Source: Saccostrea echinata
Lineage: Eukaryota
Reading direction: 5' to 3'
NCBI RefSeq assembly: GCF_033153115.1
Contig: NW_026889753.1
Coordinates: forward strand, 2,232,001 to 2,296,000
DNA: 64,000 nucleotides
Positions within the stretch are counted from its first letter, which is position 1, and each line of letters begins with the position of its first letter. Positions 27,201-41,438 of this stretch are shown piece by piece. The translations under genes were made by a program, and so were the position numbers. Under the pieces are notes generated by a model. It made no database searches. It was not told the DNA's origin and worked only from the letters and a program-made list of their open reading frames with translations.

Positions 27201-30200
27201 CAATAAAACATTTGAAACATCATTCCGGTAAGTCTGAAACAAATACTGTATCAAGATGCATGTAGTTTGTTCTGTTTGATGTGGTAAAATTCCTATGAAC
27301 TCAAATATCGAAAACCATCCTAGTGCAAAAATTCAAATTTCAACAAAGATATTTATTGTTTTAAGGATCCCCGGGTCAGTGTATATGAACGACACGGAGG
27401 GACTCATGGTTGTTGGAGGAATGGAAGGCATGTCCGCTTTTAGAGGTTACGTAGGTCAAGCCACATATTACAGAAATCAGATCAAACAACCTACCCAGGT
27501 AAGTTGATTCTCCATTGAGAGAATAACAGGTTAAGTAAACAGATTTTTCTGTGATGCATCTGGCAGTGATATTTTGAAATTAATAGAAATAAGTTTCGAA
27601 CCTTCCCTGAGAAATTTGAGTATAAGAAAAGATGTACACATGTAATTGGGTGTAAAAACTGTTCAACTATATTTCCCTGTGTGATATAGATACCTTTTCC
27701 GGGTCCCCAACATCCAATGTTTGAGCTGCAGCTTTCTAGACGGGAGGACAAATGTCTCTCTTTCCTACAGTGGACAAAAAAGAGATTAAGAGTTTACAAA
27801 CTTAGAAGACTACGTGACGAGTACAAAAGTTAGTTAGCATGAGCCATAAATATTAAAAAAATACTATTTTACGCAGAAAAAATCAAATATTTAACAAAAA
27901 CTTATGCCATATATATTTGATATTTAAAATACTTTAGGGAGCTCTTTCCAATATTTTGCAACCATCCGTCAACGAACTCTGAACCAAATTTCAAGGAACG
28001 ATTCCTGTTTGTATTTGGACGCCCCTGCACCCAAAAGTTACAGGATTCTGGATCAGGTCCTCAGGAGATTCCGTTTGGCCTCAGATATTAGTGACTCGAG
28101 TTTGAAGCTGATAGGTTCCAGACTATTTAAAGTTCTAAAAAAGAAAATAGTGAGTATCCCATTTGTTTCTTAATTATATTTTCATGATGTACTAAAAGAA
28201 AGTAATACAAAACATAAATAATAAAAAGCAACGCATAACTGTCAACAATAATATTTCATTTATAACTGAATTTTAATGAAGTGTTTCTTCAGGACGCTGA
28301 TGTATATCGCACCGGCAGACTTTTACCAGTGTTGAAGCAAAGCGCCTGTCTGGGCGACAACGACGCAATGTTTCTCGTGGCAGTTATCCTGAACAACGGT
28401 TTTCTAGTCAAAGCCGACGAAATGCAGGTACTATAATTTTACTTCTTTCTTAAGATTTAGTATGTTTTTAAATAACATACTTCTATTAATGTATAAAACT
28501 TATGCCGACAGGCTTTGGCTTACTTAATGATGGCGGCGTTAGACAACCATAGACTGTCATTTCTGGCAATTGGAAATAAACACAAAAACGGACTGGACAC
28601 ATTACCATTAGATCTGGAACAAGCATACAGTAAATGTCCAGTCTCTTAATTTTTCACTTTACATTCTAATTAGTTATATTCATATATTTGTACGATTTTG
28701 TTCATTCACGTTGGCTTCAAATCTAAATATACTTTTTGTAGTGTATTTTAAGTACGTAGCTGATACGACGAGGGAGGACCGTGAAAAACATAAAGAAACC
28801 GATGTAAGATACTGGTACAAAAATTACAATTATTTTAACACTTTTGATTAATTGTACTCATATAAGAAAGAATTTATTAAACAGGTACTCACTGAATCAA
28901 TACGTCTGACAGATGACGCCAATCTTCGAGAGCAGACGGACGAAGATGGGGATGTATTTCATTGGTGGATCCATCAGGCAAAGAAAGGCGTGTTTACAGC
29001 ACAGGTAATCCAAAGAAATTCACATTTATATTATTACAGTTCCTGCATGAATAATTATTTGGATTTAGATAAATATAAATGTCGATAAACTTTTCGAAAG
29101 AAGAAATCTGAGGTGTTTCATTTAATTAATTTTACACTTTCAGCAACACGTTGCCCGGATGATGTTTTGGGGTACACAGGGTTTAAAACGTAATGTGCAA
29201 GCAGCTGTCGAATATTATAAGATGGGTGTTGAATCGAAAGATCCCTCTGCCATGTATGATTATGGTGTATTATTGATGAGGGTAAATATGATGGCTTTCT
29301 TATCATAATCACATTTGTAATAAAATTATCGTTTATATCTTTTTAACAAGTTGTACATATTTACTAGGGGCAAGGGATGAAGAAAAATGTATCTGAAGGT
29401 TTATCTCACATTAGAAAATCAGCAGAACAGGTAAAAGTTTTCACTGTAAACCATCTTTTCCTTTGTATTTCCTTTCTTTCAGGATTTTATCTTTTGGGCA
29501 TATTTACAAGAATCTTTCGCATTATTGAGAGTTCACAAATCCTAATTGTAGTGAAATAAAACTAAAGTTAAGCTTAATTCCTTCACAGAAACAATATTGA
29601 CCCTTTTGTTGTGTTTGCAGGCAAATGAAGGAATTTTGGATTTTTAAAAAAAATAATTTATCATATTCCTCAGCATTTAGTAATACTAGTATTTTAAATA
29701 AGATCTTTACCTTTAAAAATCTTCATTTGTGAAATGCAGAAAAATCCAGAAGCCTTGAATGCCCTCGGATGGTATGCGATGAACTTTGGTAGGAATTTCA
29801 CTCAGGCAGCTGCATACTTTGAAGATGCATATCGCCATGGCAATCCAGATGCCGCTTTTCATCTGGGAATTCTGCATCTCCATGGGAACTACCCAAATAA
29901 AACAGCTGACCCTGTATGTAAGAATATTTGACACTTTCATTTTTTTGTCTGTAAATCCTACACTATTTAGGATATCTTTAATTTGTATTTTTTAACATCT
30001 TCTGTAGGATTTGGCGTTGCAGTATTTTAGTTATGCGGCTACAAGAAATCAGTTTGATGCGGGAATAAGCTTGGCCTATCTTCATCACAAGGGAACTCCT
30101 CGCTCCAGCAGAAACATAGAAATGGCTGTAGAGTAAGATTCAATTAAAATAATTCCCTATAATTTAAATTATGAAATCTTTCTTTTTTGCTTCACAATAG

Positions 30201-32389
30201 TTAAAAGAAAAAGGTACTAAACCAATTGTCATACTAGTTCAAAGGGTTTCATTTTTTTTCAGATGGGTTAGATTTATCGCAGAGAAGAATCCACATTTAG
30301 GACTAGTTCTTCGCTCTGGCCTCCATTCATACAGACATGGTGATCAGTAAGTCAAACAGTAAGGACACAAAGGTCAGATACGAAACTAAAGCACTAATAT
30401 ACACTAAGAAGTGTTAATATTTAAATTTTTGAACTGATTTTGTTGTCGTTACAAAGATGAAAGTGAAGCCAGGTTAAATTATTCATTTGCATTCCAACCA
30501 GAAAATATTCAAACGCCATTAAAAAATCATGTTTTCTTAAAGGAAGAAATAAGATAAAGCCACAACGTCCAAAAATGACTGTAGTGATGAAATTACTCAC
30601 ATATTTGCTAGACGTTTTGAACTGTAAGATATAATTGTTCACCTATTTTCAGTTTTCTCGCCATGTTGTATTATATGATGGCCGCTGAAGCTGGGATAGA
30701 AGTAGGAACTTTCAATTTAGCGTGGCTGTGTGAAGAAAATAAAGTACTCTTTAAATCGCTCTATAGCAGACTTTATTCTTAAAAATAATTTTTTTTTCAA
30801 TATGAAAGAGTACAGTTTTTGTGGGTAGAATGTTCTTTTCTTTTTGCATTTTGTTCCTATTGTGATGACTATAATACTTGGTGTTTTTATTCACGGAATG
30901 AAAATTATGTATTTCAACAATCAATTTACAGTAAACAATATCATTGACAGGATGGGACTTCCTCATTTATTGAGAAAGATTGTCAGTGGAGGAACTACAA
31001 TCTGTCGACGCGGAGAGAACACCATTTTGTTGATTCCTACGGTAAAACAAAACTTGTACAAAAAAGTTTGATGTAATGCACTCAATTTTGGGATTTTCCT
31101 CAAAACTTATTTTATACTACATGTATATACTATTAATATTTTAACCCGGAAATGGGTACTACATTTAAACTTAAACCCATTAAATAAATACTTAATGCGA
31201 GGATAATCATATAGTGTATTTCCAATTGCTCCATAAATAATGTTTCGCTCTGTTTATTCGTCACCTAAAATAAATGCTCTCTGGGTAAAACATTGATGTC
31301 AAGAGCGATATGAAACAAAACGAATTTAGAAATAAGCTTCCTGGTTGCTTAAAATATTTTCTTTAATAAAAAGTACTTTCGATGATATTTTGTAGAATTT
31401 GTGTAAATTGCAATTTTCCAGCTTTTCTAAAAATGGGGGATTATTATTGGTACGGCTGTGGAGGACAAAGAGACGCCGACAAAGCGGCGGAATTTTATAC
31501 TCTGGCTGCGTCAAAAGGAGACCCTCAAGTACTGATTTAGCCTGCATAATTTTGGAAAAAATGTTTAATCTTTTATATCTTCGTGTTAAACCATGAAATT
31601 GAAAGAAAGTAAAACAACACTAATGTATACTCTTTTCTATGATATTATGAAAAATTTAATAATTTATAGAATTTTAAAGTACACTAACACGAGTGTTATA
31701 CTAGTGCTATGAAGCTAATATAATGAATTTTATTCTGTTTAAGGGCATATTCAATCTGGCTTATATTTTCGAAGAAGGTGCTAAAATTTTTCCACACATA
31801 TGGCAGAAGCTGAGAATACCAAAATACCAACAAAGTTCTAAGTTTGAAATCCTTCATCATCTTTACTCAAGGTTTGTAGGTCAAAGTAGGAAAAATAACT
31901 TCTGTTGTCCCTCTTTACTCTCTCATTTCCTGTTGCGCTATAATCTCTCGCTGAACGTTTATTTTTAGAAGATCTTATTGTAATGTGTTCTTTTTTTTGT
32001 ATTTTCAGATGTCGAGATTCTCCAAAGACCGAAGCATATATACCGTGTACGGTGTCTCTGTATAGAATTTTTCTGAGAAAAAGTTGGCAAGAACATGAAA
32101 CGATGATAAAGGTATTGTCCTATAAGGATTTTAAATATAATTTCCTGTAGAAGAAAAAGTTTTTCCAAAACTCATTTACTGCGTAGCAATACAAAGTTCA
32201 ATACTTTTAATACTTATAAATTATAATTTTTAATGAAAAAGAAGATAAATTTACAATTCTTGTTTTTCTTCATTTCAGATAACTAGTTTTGCTGTAGTTC
32301 TGTTCTTAACCATTGGTAGTATTTATTTTTTAGTGTTTTATTTAAAAAATCATGTAAATGAACATGCTAATTATGCAGATGTTTTATAA
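24201..32389 (+). CDS. SEL1L3: Protein sel-1 homolog 3-like (signal peptide, LamG-like region, SEL1 repeats, C-terminal TM); ~24 exons
   Basis: Signal peptide MVMSVLVVAQLLSLFISNGKC (24201-24272); large exon 2 from 25003; LamG-like FTLSVWLYVLEYC and LMVVGG; SEL1 repeats such as NPEALNALGWYAMNFGRNFTQAAAYFEDAYRHGNPDAAFHLG and MAAEAGIEVGTFNLAWLCEE; last exon 32279-32389 encodes a TM helix then TAA. Internal exon boundaries are approximate. Confidence 0.8.
26410..26752 (+). mobile_element. tRNA-derived SINE with Meta-like plus Deu-like cores (BivaMD-like)
   Basis: Box A GGTAGCTCAGTCGG, box B GTTCGAATCTC, core GGTCCTTCGGA...AAACCGAGGCCCCG, (CAAT)n tail, TSD CAATAATAATGAA. Confidence 0.85.
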
Positions 32390-34338
32390 AATGAAGAAAT
32401 AAAAGGAAAAGAAATATATGAACTAGACATTGAAATTGTTTCATTTGTAATTATACTCGTACATTATCATAACGTCTGATGAAGTATGATTCATGAACGA
32501 ATAAATAAAAGTATAAATTAGTTCTGGTGGGATTATTTTTTTAAATGTTGACCCTGATACTGAACTTTGATGTTCTTTGATCTCTATTTTAAAGTACCAC
32601 ACAGACATAAATATCCTGATTTGAATAAGGAAATGATGATGTAATTTAATGAAAACTTGGTGATGATAGAACTGCTCCTGTCAGCAGTTTTCTAGTTGTA
32701 TATTATTTAAGAAAGGAATTGAAAATACAGACCGGGAATATTGCATCAGATGGTGAAATCCATGATGAGGTATTTTTCAGAAATTACATAATTTATGATA
32801 TGAGAGATCTATGTTTTGACTGGACTAAAAGTATTTCTCACATTTTATAACTGATACCTGCACACTTGATAATGCTTATAACTACAAATCAATAGTTGTT
32901 TTAATATAAGGTGATGAGTAATGTCCCTTTGTTCCACTGACAAAAAGCAATTTTGCTAGCAAATTCTGGGTCAAAACAACGAGATTGAAGAGAATTACCA
33001 TTCGCTTTCTAATTGTAAACTTTTGACAATTTCAAGTTATATACACATTTTTTTCTTTCAGAAGATTTTTATGATATGTATAAGTATCATTATGAATTAT
33101 GAATTCATTAGAATTAATTAAACCTCAAAGTTTCTGACTGCATTTCACATTATTTGTTCAAATATTTAGCTCATAAGATATGATTCCTCACAAATACGAA
33201 TAAAAACATTTGATTTAAATGCCTTGCAGTTCTTTATTCAGAACAATAAATATGAATTGGGTGACTAATTAAAGTTTTATTTGTAAAGTCTTTCTTGCAT
33301 ATGCCAATAAGAAATCTCAACCAAAGTTGTTTTCTTTAAAATATCCACCAAAACTGCGCATGTAAAACTCTTCGAGAAATGAAGTAATAATAATTATATA
33401 AAAAAAATTCACATAGTTCATCGTCGTCATTTTGTTTAATTTAAAACACCTGTACCAAAAAAAAAGATAATAAAATGGACTAAAAAATACTTCTCGTTAT
33501 ACTTTAAGAATATTTAAAAAATTTCGTTTATGTAGGAAAAGCAAAAAATCTATCCAATATGATGAGATGAGAGGTGAGATCAGATGCCATAGAGGAGTAA
33601 GCATCCCCCGTCAAACCAGATACACCCGCCGTGTGCTCTTTGTCATGACCGGGTAAACAGAGAAATCCGTAGTAAATTTGATACGAAAAAAATATACCCT
33701 AACAATTTTTATGAAAAAATGTCAGGCATTATTCGACCTTACTACAGATTGTTTTGCAAACTAAGATCTTAGTATCGACCATAGAATAAAAAGCATTTTA
33801 AGACCATTTATCTCTCCGTTTAAAAAGAGGTTTCCTGGATTATTTACTTGAAGAACATAGAACTAGTCTCTTCCAATTCTTCTTTGTAAAAATATGTTAC
33901 AAACATTTTGTACAACGTTCATTGCCAGTTTGATGTTTATTGTAAACAAAGAATTGTTCTCTTAGCATTGACAAAGAAGTTTCAGATTGTTGTGGATCGT
34001 TTGTCAATTTTATTTCCTTTTTGGTTCACAGGGGAAAATTGAGTTGTTGAATGAAATATGTAGAGATAACGAACAGTATTCAAGCTCAAAAGTCCATTAA
34101 ACAATATTAAAATTGATTTCTTTTTTCTTTTTTTTAAAATCACTTTTCTTTATTATTTTCTTTTAATATATATTCATTGATGTAAATATGTTGTAATTGT
34201 TGTTTTGTTTATCAAATCTCCAAATGGGGGAAATAAAGATTGAATGAACTGGATACAAAAGTAAACATACAATACACAAATAAATAAAAAAAATGATGAA
34301 ATTTACATAAATTCGAATGCAAATTTTAAAATGACTTC

Positions 34339-34392
34339 TTCATAAACCTGAAGATGGATATGTATACACCCAGAAAGCTCTAGTTTAATGAA
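34339..34392 (+). ncRNA. Minimal type I hammerhead ribozyme-like motif
   Basis: TTCATAAAC-CTGAAGA-[TGG...CCA stem II]-GAAA-GCT-CTA-GTTTAATGAA: intact CUGANGA and GAAA core, stem I with one bulge, very short stem III. Confidence 0.6.
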
Positions 34393-34753
34393 ATTTGGAA
34401 GCTTTAGCAATTTTTAAATATAGCAACAGTTGATATAGAGGACACAAAGGATAATAAGGTAACGATTAGAATATGTTATAAGTGTTGAACATTTATTAAA
34501 TATTCATCAATAAAATTAAAACAAACAACCAAGCAAAATCATGAACATAGCAAAACCTGAAAATTATGATATACGTTTAATACACAAAAGATAGGAACGC
34601 ATTAAGCGTTATTTAAAATTAAAAAAAAAATGTTTATTACAATCTATGCTGCCGTTTTGAGAGTTAGTAATGCCTATGGTTAGTAGAATATTGCCATTTC
34701 TTTGTCACTGTCATTGTGCGAAGAGATTCCGACAGAAGCTGCCGCCTAGTAAT

Positions 34754-35552
34754 CTAGACCTCCATCATCTTTGAAAGACGTTGTCGGATTTTTAAGGTAA
34801 GAAATCTAGACACACTTTCCCTGACAAGTTCATCTTCAAAATTCAGCCGAAGTTGTTTCATACATTTTAAACCCATGGGGATTTTGAACATATTTCCACC
34901 AAATTCGTTCGGAAGAATGACCGGTACAATGGTACAAGGCGTTTTCGTATACAGGGACTCCATTACAACTTGATTGCTGGAAAACCCAGGCCAATCACAC
35001 TCACAAAAGTCTTTGGTCAGTAACACGAATGCCACAGAAGAAGTTTGGAATGCCTCGTTTATACTTGAGATTCTAGGGTCATCAAACAGAGCAATCTGGA
35101 AACAATTTTCATCCCGGAGGATGTCTCTTTTTAAACTTGATAAAAAATTTAGGGCTTTGTCTTTGTCATTTGGACTATAGACAATTATTGCATCGTAAAG
35201 TTTTTCGCCAAAAATTGGTTCACTTTTGCCCTAAAATACAGGAAAAATAAATTAAACCTCTATATGATATATACATAATTATGTATATGCAATCAGTTCA
35301 GAAAAAAATTCTGAGAATGAGGAATCGAAATTAAATTATTGCCATTTTTTAACTATAGAAACAAAATTCTTTTATTATGTATATGTAGAAAATGTGTCCG
35401 ACACGAAGTAAGAAAAAAAAATAGACTTAAATTATTGCATTTGATTTACATCGTGCATAAAAAAATTTAAAAAAAAAATTTAAAAGATTATTTAATAGAA
35501 ATTTAGGCAATATTAACCACTAAAAAAGCAGCAAAAATATTATACTTGCCAT
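34754..35552 (-). CDS. TIR-domain-only protein, TICAM/TRAM-like (gene A, ~159 aa)
   Basis: Open exon 35230-34754: GKSEPIFGEKLYDAIIVYSPNDKDKALNFL...VAFVLLTKDFCECDW...TIVPVILP...FKIPMGLKCMKQL. Box-1-like YDAIIVYS. The start ATG (35552-35550) is inferred via a GC-AG intron. Confidence 0.75.
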
Positions 35553-36661
35553 GATGTCTTCTCTCTTCAATTGAAATAATTTAATAGGTAAAAATTGCGA
35601 CGCGGACTAATTTTTATCGGAACTGAAGCCACGGAAATGCGTATTCTGGGGTCCTATTTTTAGCTACAAAATCCCCTATTGAAAATAGATGCCTTAGCCT
35701 GTTTGAAGCAGGCAGGCAGCATACAGTTCAAGTTCGAAAAAAAACGTAGTTTTTGAATAGGAAGAGTAAAGTGAAATAAGTATTTTTCTGTTTTCCATTC
35801 ATTGTGAAAAACTTCAACTTTTTGAAATGTGATCAAGATCTATAAAGATAGTTAGATACTAATAATAATCGGTACAACGTGGTGTGAACTGAATATGGCA
35901 TTCAATGCAGTGGATTTTAATATTACCCTAGAATCTCTGTAAAGATAAATTAAAGCGAGGATTCACTTTTGAGCATCAAAAGAGACACGAATATGTCAGA
36001 AGTTTCTCCCCACAGTTGATTGAAATCATTTCACTGATCAATATTGAAGAGAAGAAAGAGAAGGTAACTCTTCCCGTTGTTTTATTTCTTCTTTCGTTTT
36101 GCTGAATTAAATTTTCGGAGCTAAAAATAGATTGTGTGAAATGAAAATTTTAGATTCCAGGCAAACCCAAAATTATTAAATAATGTATTGGGTGTAAAAT
36201 TTTCTATAATGTTGATTGTACTGCACCAGTCCTATTGATTTGATACGGACATAAGAAAAATAAATAAATAAATAAATAAATAAATAAAATGAAGGGGAAA
36301 AATAACAATACAGTTATTAGATTAAAAAATACGTTTCAGATTTTCATTTTTTCAGCTGTACTATTCGAAAAATGTTCAAAAATGTTCAAAAAATGTACTT
36401 TTAATTTTGCACGATATGATATGCTATCTTTTTGGAATCTCTTAAAAAGATTCATAACATTTTTTTTATTATCCTTTATCAAATATAATCATTATATTAT
36501 TAAGTACGTTGAAAGTTTTTCTGATTAGAATTTAAAGTTTTAGGTTTAACAAGTATTTCAAATTCAAATTTGGGATTTTTATTCAAATTATCTTTTTTTA
36601 TTCACAAAAGAATAAAATTAGAAATTGTTGTTCATGGAGTTACTGTTCGTAAATTCAAAAA

Positions 36662-36692
<31 letters not shown>

Positions 36693-37917
36693 CTGAAATC
36701 CTGAGCCCATGCACATATATTTGAATATAATATTTTATCTTTTTTTTAAAAAAAAAAAAAAATTTTTTTAAATTTTTTTTTTATAAGTATTGATTTAAAA
36801 AAAGAAAGTTGAAATTTAACGATTTCTTTGATCACTTCCGTTTTTTTTTTTTACAATATACTTAATAGGCAATTCAATTCCGTTTCCATGTCTTAAATCA
36901 AATCAACTATTTAAAACTTCCGGTTTTAAATGATAATAAATAAATATTGTTGTATGACACAACTACCTTAGGCGAATTAGTATAATGTATTTTCTTAGAA
37001 TGCCACTTTTTACTTCACTGTACTTCATATTCAAATCTTAGCACAATCTTTTTTACCAGTATTGTATTTAACCCAAATCAAATAAATCAAATTTCCTTCC
37101 AAACCGCAAAAATTCCTCACATACAATCTAAAATATATAATATCAAATAAACGCAATGCATAATACCACTGTATTTTTATTGAATGTTATATTGTTAAAA
37201 GTGACATAAAATTGACATATAGGCCCGATGGGCGGGATGTTTAAATTCCTATTATATGTATATTTACTGTTGTGATTGTACATAGCAGATGTCACTGTAA
37301 TAAATCATTTACTTACTTATACTTACCTTTTTAAAAAATATATTTAGATGGTATAAATTACTGAAAATAGTGAATAGAATAATGGCGATTACAATAAATA
37401 TCCCACTTATTTTAATGTGTGCATGTATAGATGGATGAATGATGTTAGTTTGGTATTTTAGATTGAGCTGACAAAATGACAACACTGCACAATATATCAA
37501 CATACCTTTATTTATACGGCAAACGATACAAACCTTTTCTTTTTACAAAGACCCTGCTGCTAACTGACCTAGAGGTTAAGTATACAATCTAACTCAAGTT
37601 TAATATTTTCATTTTTGCAGGTTATTCTAAATTTGGTGTTTTCCCATTTTGCACACATTTGTTAATTAGGCATAAAACAATAAGTGTAATTTTTTTGGAT
37701 AACAATTATAGTCTGTTTTGTGTGATTTACCAATTTTTTTTTTTAAACTATTGTATTATTTAAAAAAATTGTACATATAATGTCCCCTTTTTATAGATAC
37801 TTAAAAGACGTCCCCTGAGGTATTCTACTAAGCTTTACCACATATAAGTGGATTTATTGAAAAAAATAACTCGACAGTTCAAACTAAGACAAATGAAAGC
37901 TGAGAATTGAGAATTCA

Positions 37918-38052
37918 NNNNNNNNNNNNNNNNNNNNNNNNNNNNNNNNNNNNNNNNNNNNNNNNNNNNNNNNNNNNNNNNNNNNNNNNNNNNNNNNNNN
38001 NNNNNNNNNNNNNNNNNNNNNNNNNNNNNNNNNNNNNNNNNNNNNNNNNNNN
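37918..38052. other. Assembly gap (135 N)
   Basis: Run of N. Confidence 1.
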
Positions 38053-41000
38053 AAGACAAAATAATTGATTAAAAATAACGATTTCATATTATATATTTAA
38101 TGTATGGAATGGCGGCAAAGTGGGAAGCTGAAAAAATGGAATAATTACAGAATCATAATGATGATTTTCTATTTTACAAAAATAATTATCTTGTTTTAAA
38201 TTAGCTGCAAGATATAAATAAGTATGACATTGCTTTTTGTTTTCATTTTCCCCTATTCAACGATTATAATATGAACTATAGAAATTAATTTTCTGACTAC
38301 TTGCACCATTCCCGTTTCACACACAATTTTCCTACACTTTTTCAATTTTCAATAGTGTGCAAAACGCTAATAATCCTTATATTTATATCCTTTGATCATA
38401 ATTATTATTACATGTATTTCAGCTTTGAAAATAAAGAAGATAATTTTTAGCTGAGTACTGCTAACTAGGCACAACGGAGTTAAAAAAAGTTGCTGTTACG
38501 GCATAAATCTGGATATAACAAAAGATATTTTCATTCGATTAGGAATTTTATTTAAAAGATTTGGCATACTTTGCAGTATTATTCATATAACCATTTCGCT
38601 ATTTGAATACATGATGTACCATGTGTTTTGAAATTTTGAAATTTCTGAGAAATAACATAATTTTATTGACTGGGAAATTGTTAGCCTGTATTTTAATTTC
38701 ATTATCTAGAAGAATTCTCGGAATTTTAATGATATTTTGTACACTGTTACAAACCACAAAATTCTTGTATTCAGCATATACTTACAATCCATTACTTACA
38801 GTAAACCCAATCCCAGTTGTAAAGTTTATAGACAATAAAAATGTTCAAACCACAGTAAACCCAATTCACAATGTCACTGTATTTTTTTTTAATTGAATGT
38901 TATATTGTTAAAAGTGACATACAGGCCCGATGAAGCGGGTGTTTGAATTCCTATTATGTGTATTAATGTTACGATTGTACATAACACATGTCACTAAAAT
39001 AAACCATTAATTACTTTATAAAAATAAGTCGCTTAATATTAATCACGAGATTTCAGGTATTGACATGTCTCTATATTTATTGTCGGTCTGTTATTTTGTA
39101 ACATGAGGTTTGCATTTTAAACTTTGATGTGATTTGTAAAAGTATGTTAAAGTGTCACTAAATGATTTTTAGATGCTGTTTTATTGGGTTTTGATAAATT
39201 GGATTAAAAATTGGTATACTATATTTTTTATGTATAAAACTGCAGATTAAGTACTTATTTTATGTGATTTTTATCAGAATTTTTTTTTTTATGAATTTCC
39301 AGATTCATAATTATAATTGATGATTTGTTAAAAGTCATGCATTGTTTCATCTTTACTGAAAGAGTAGAAATAGAAATCCTCGCAAATGACTGGTGTAAGG
39401 TGTTTTATGAAATAAAGATTGCAAACCAACAGCAATCTAACTGAAAACAAATTCTTAAAGTTTTAAATGTGATTAGTCAAGTTAAGCCACCGCAATATAC
39501 TTAATAACACCTTCTCTAAACAAAAAGTATAATTTGGAATTTATTCCCCAATACCCGTTACAACAATAAGAAAAAAGAACAGCTCATCTTATAGGTTCAT
39601 TAGACGTTTCAAGAATTTTGAAGTTTTTTGGGGGGTTAAATGTAAATGTGAAGCATGTTAAAATAAAAAAAACATTCTTCAAAACGCAAACAACCTGTAA
39701 ATTTTCAGTTATCTTAACTGAAACAGAATGATAAACAATGGAAATTTACATCTTGAAGGAAAATTTCCAGCGCCATTGAAGTGATGCATGTAAAAATGTA
39801 TTGTGTATGTTATTTTGTGACATGAAGTTTGCATTTTGAACTTTAATATGATTTGTTAAAATTAATGATTTTTTTTTGTGGGGATGGGGGATTTTTTACT
39901 GTATGTTGCTTGATTACGATGTGTTATGATGCTGTTTGAATAAAACCGCATTCAATATTTTGTTTTAAGTTTTTAATAAAGAACAATCAGAAGTTGGGAT
40001 TTCTATGTAAAACAAACACAAATGACTAATAGTCCCCTTCACTCAAATGAAACTCATTTGATGAATAATGAACATAAATGCTGAAAAAGCTGGTGTGGCC
40101 CCAAATTAAGCATATGGCAATTTAAAACTACAATGAAGATAGTCATATAATAACAATGTACATATATTTAACAATTTGTAATCACTGAAGTTGCATTTAT
40201 TGCACAAAATCTGAGGTTGCTTCAAACTATATAATTCAACAATTAATAAGTTGACATATTATGTACTTAATGTTCCTTAAATTGTGTAGAAGATAGATGT
40301 GACTTTCTAGTGCATTGTACTTCATCAAATTTTAGATCTTTTTTTTTTTTACCAATAGTATTGGATAAAACATCATTGTCAGATTAAGACAATACCAAAT
40401 TTCTTGTAGTAAATTTTCATATTAGGCAAATCGCGAAATTTTTCTACTCAGCATAAGTTACAGTCTATAATATATAGTAAACGATATGCATAATACCCAA
40501 TGTACATAGCAAACATGCTTGTCTTAAATTATATATTTTTAAAAGTGACATATGGGCCGGATTGACCGGTTGTTTAAATTCCCAATGTAAAATTTATTAT
40601 ATATGATATAACACATGTCAATATAATAAACAAATAACTTACTCCACATGGATAATTTTAAATGTTTCTTACCTGCATGTTTTCAATAATTACTGTATGA
40701 AAATACAAACCATACAGTATTTAGGGAGGAAAAAAAGTGTTCTTGTTAATAAATAATCATACGTAAGACATAACCCCCCCCCCCCCCGGTAAAGAAAGAA
40801 CAATTATGGAAAGGATTTCATTTAAATTTCCTTCATTATCAGTTGCAAAGTAATAATGATCGTAAAAGTGTATTGATACAAGAATAAACACTCTCAGCTG
40901 TAAAATTTTAAGATACATTTGAATTTAGGTGATGGCATCTATGAATTCAATTCGTTAAAATAATTTTCAATATATCTTATATGGTTGGAAGTATATATTG

Positions 41001-41438
41001 CTAGAGTTTCTAAAGTTAGAGATATCGTTTCGTTATTCGGATCTGTCTAATAAACTGCAATTCGATAGATACATTGTTTTTTTTTTCTTTTCTATTTTTG
41101 ATACTTGTTATTTCTTCTTGTGATTTTTCTGCTGTATTTGATAGGTTGAGGTATCTCATATTTATCTGCAGTTATATTGGATAACTAATTTTGTTACCCG
41201 AAAAATAATGGTAAAATTATCTTTTACATTAAAAATGAAAGTAGGAATTAATTTCTGAAAAACAAACCAGATGTGCTACTGTAGTTTCAAGAAATCAAGA
41301 AAAGGCCATAGAATGCAATAATGAAAGACTCTGTCGCCTCTAAAAATAGATATTCATAAAATGAAAATAACCATCTTATAGTATAAAGTCAATGCTCACT
41401 TGTTATCCTTGATAATGTTATAAACTGACAAAAGTAAC

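Noticed and set aside
32450-32516. Hammerhead-like CTGATGA motif in the SEL1L3 3' region
   Set aside because: GAAA is altered to GAAT and the stems are poor; at most a decayed relic.
37835-38087. ORFs spanning X runs
   Set aside because: Artefacts of the N gap.
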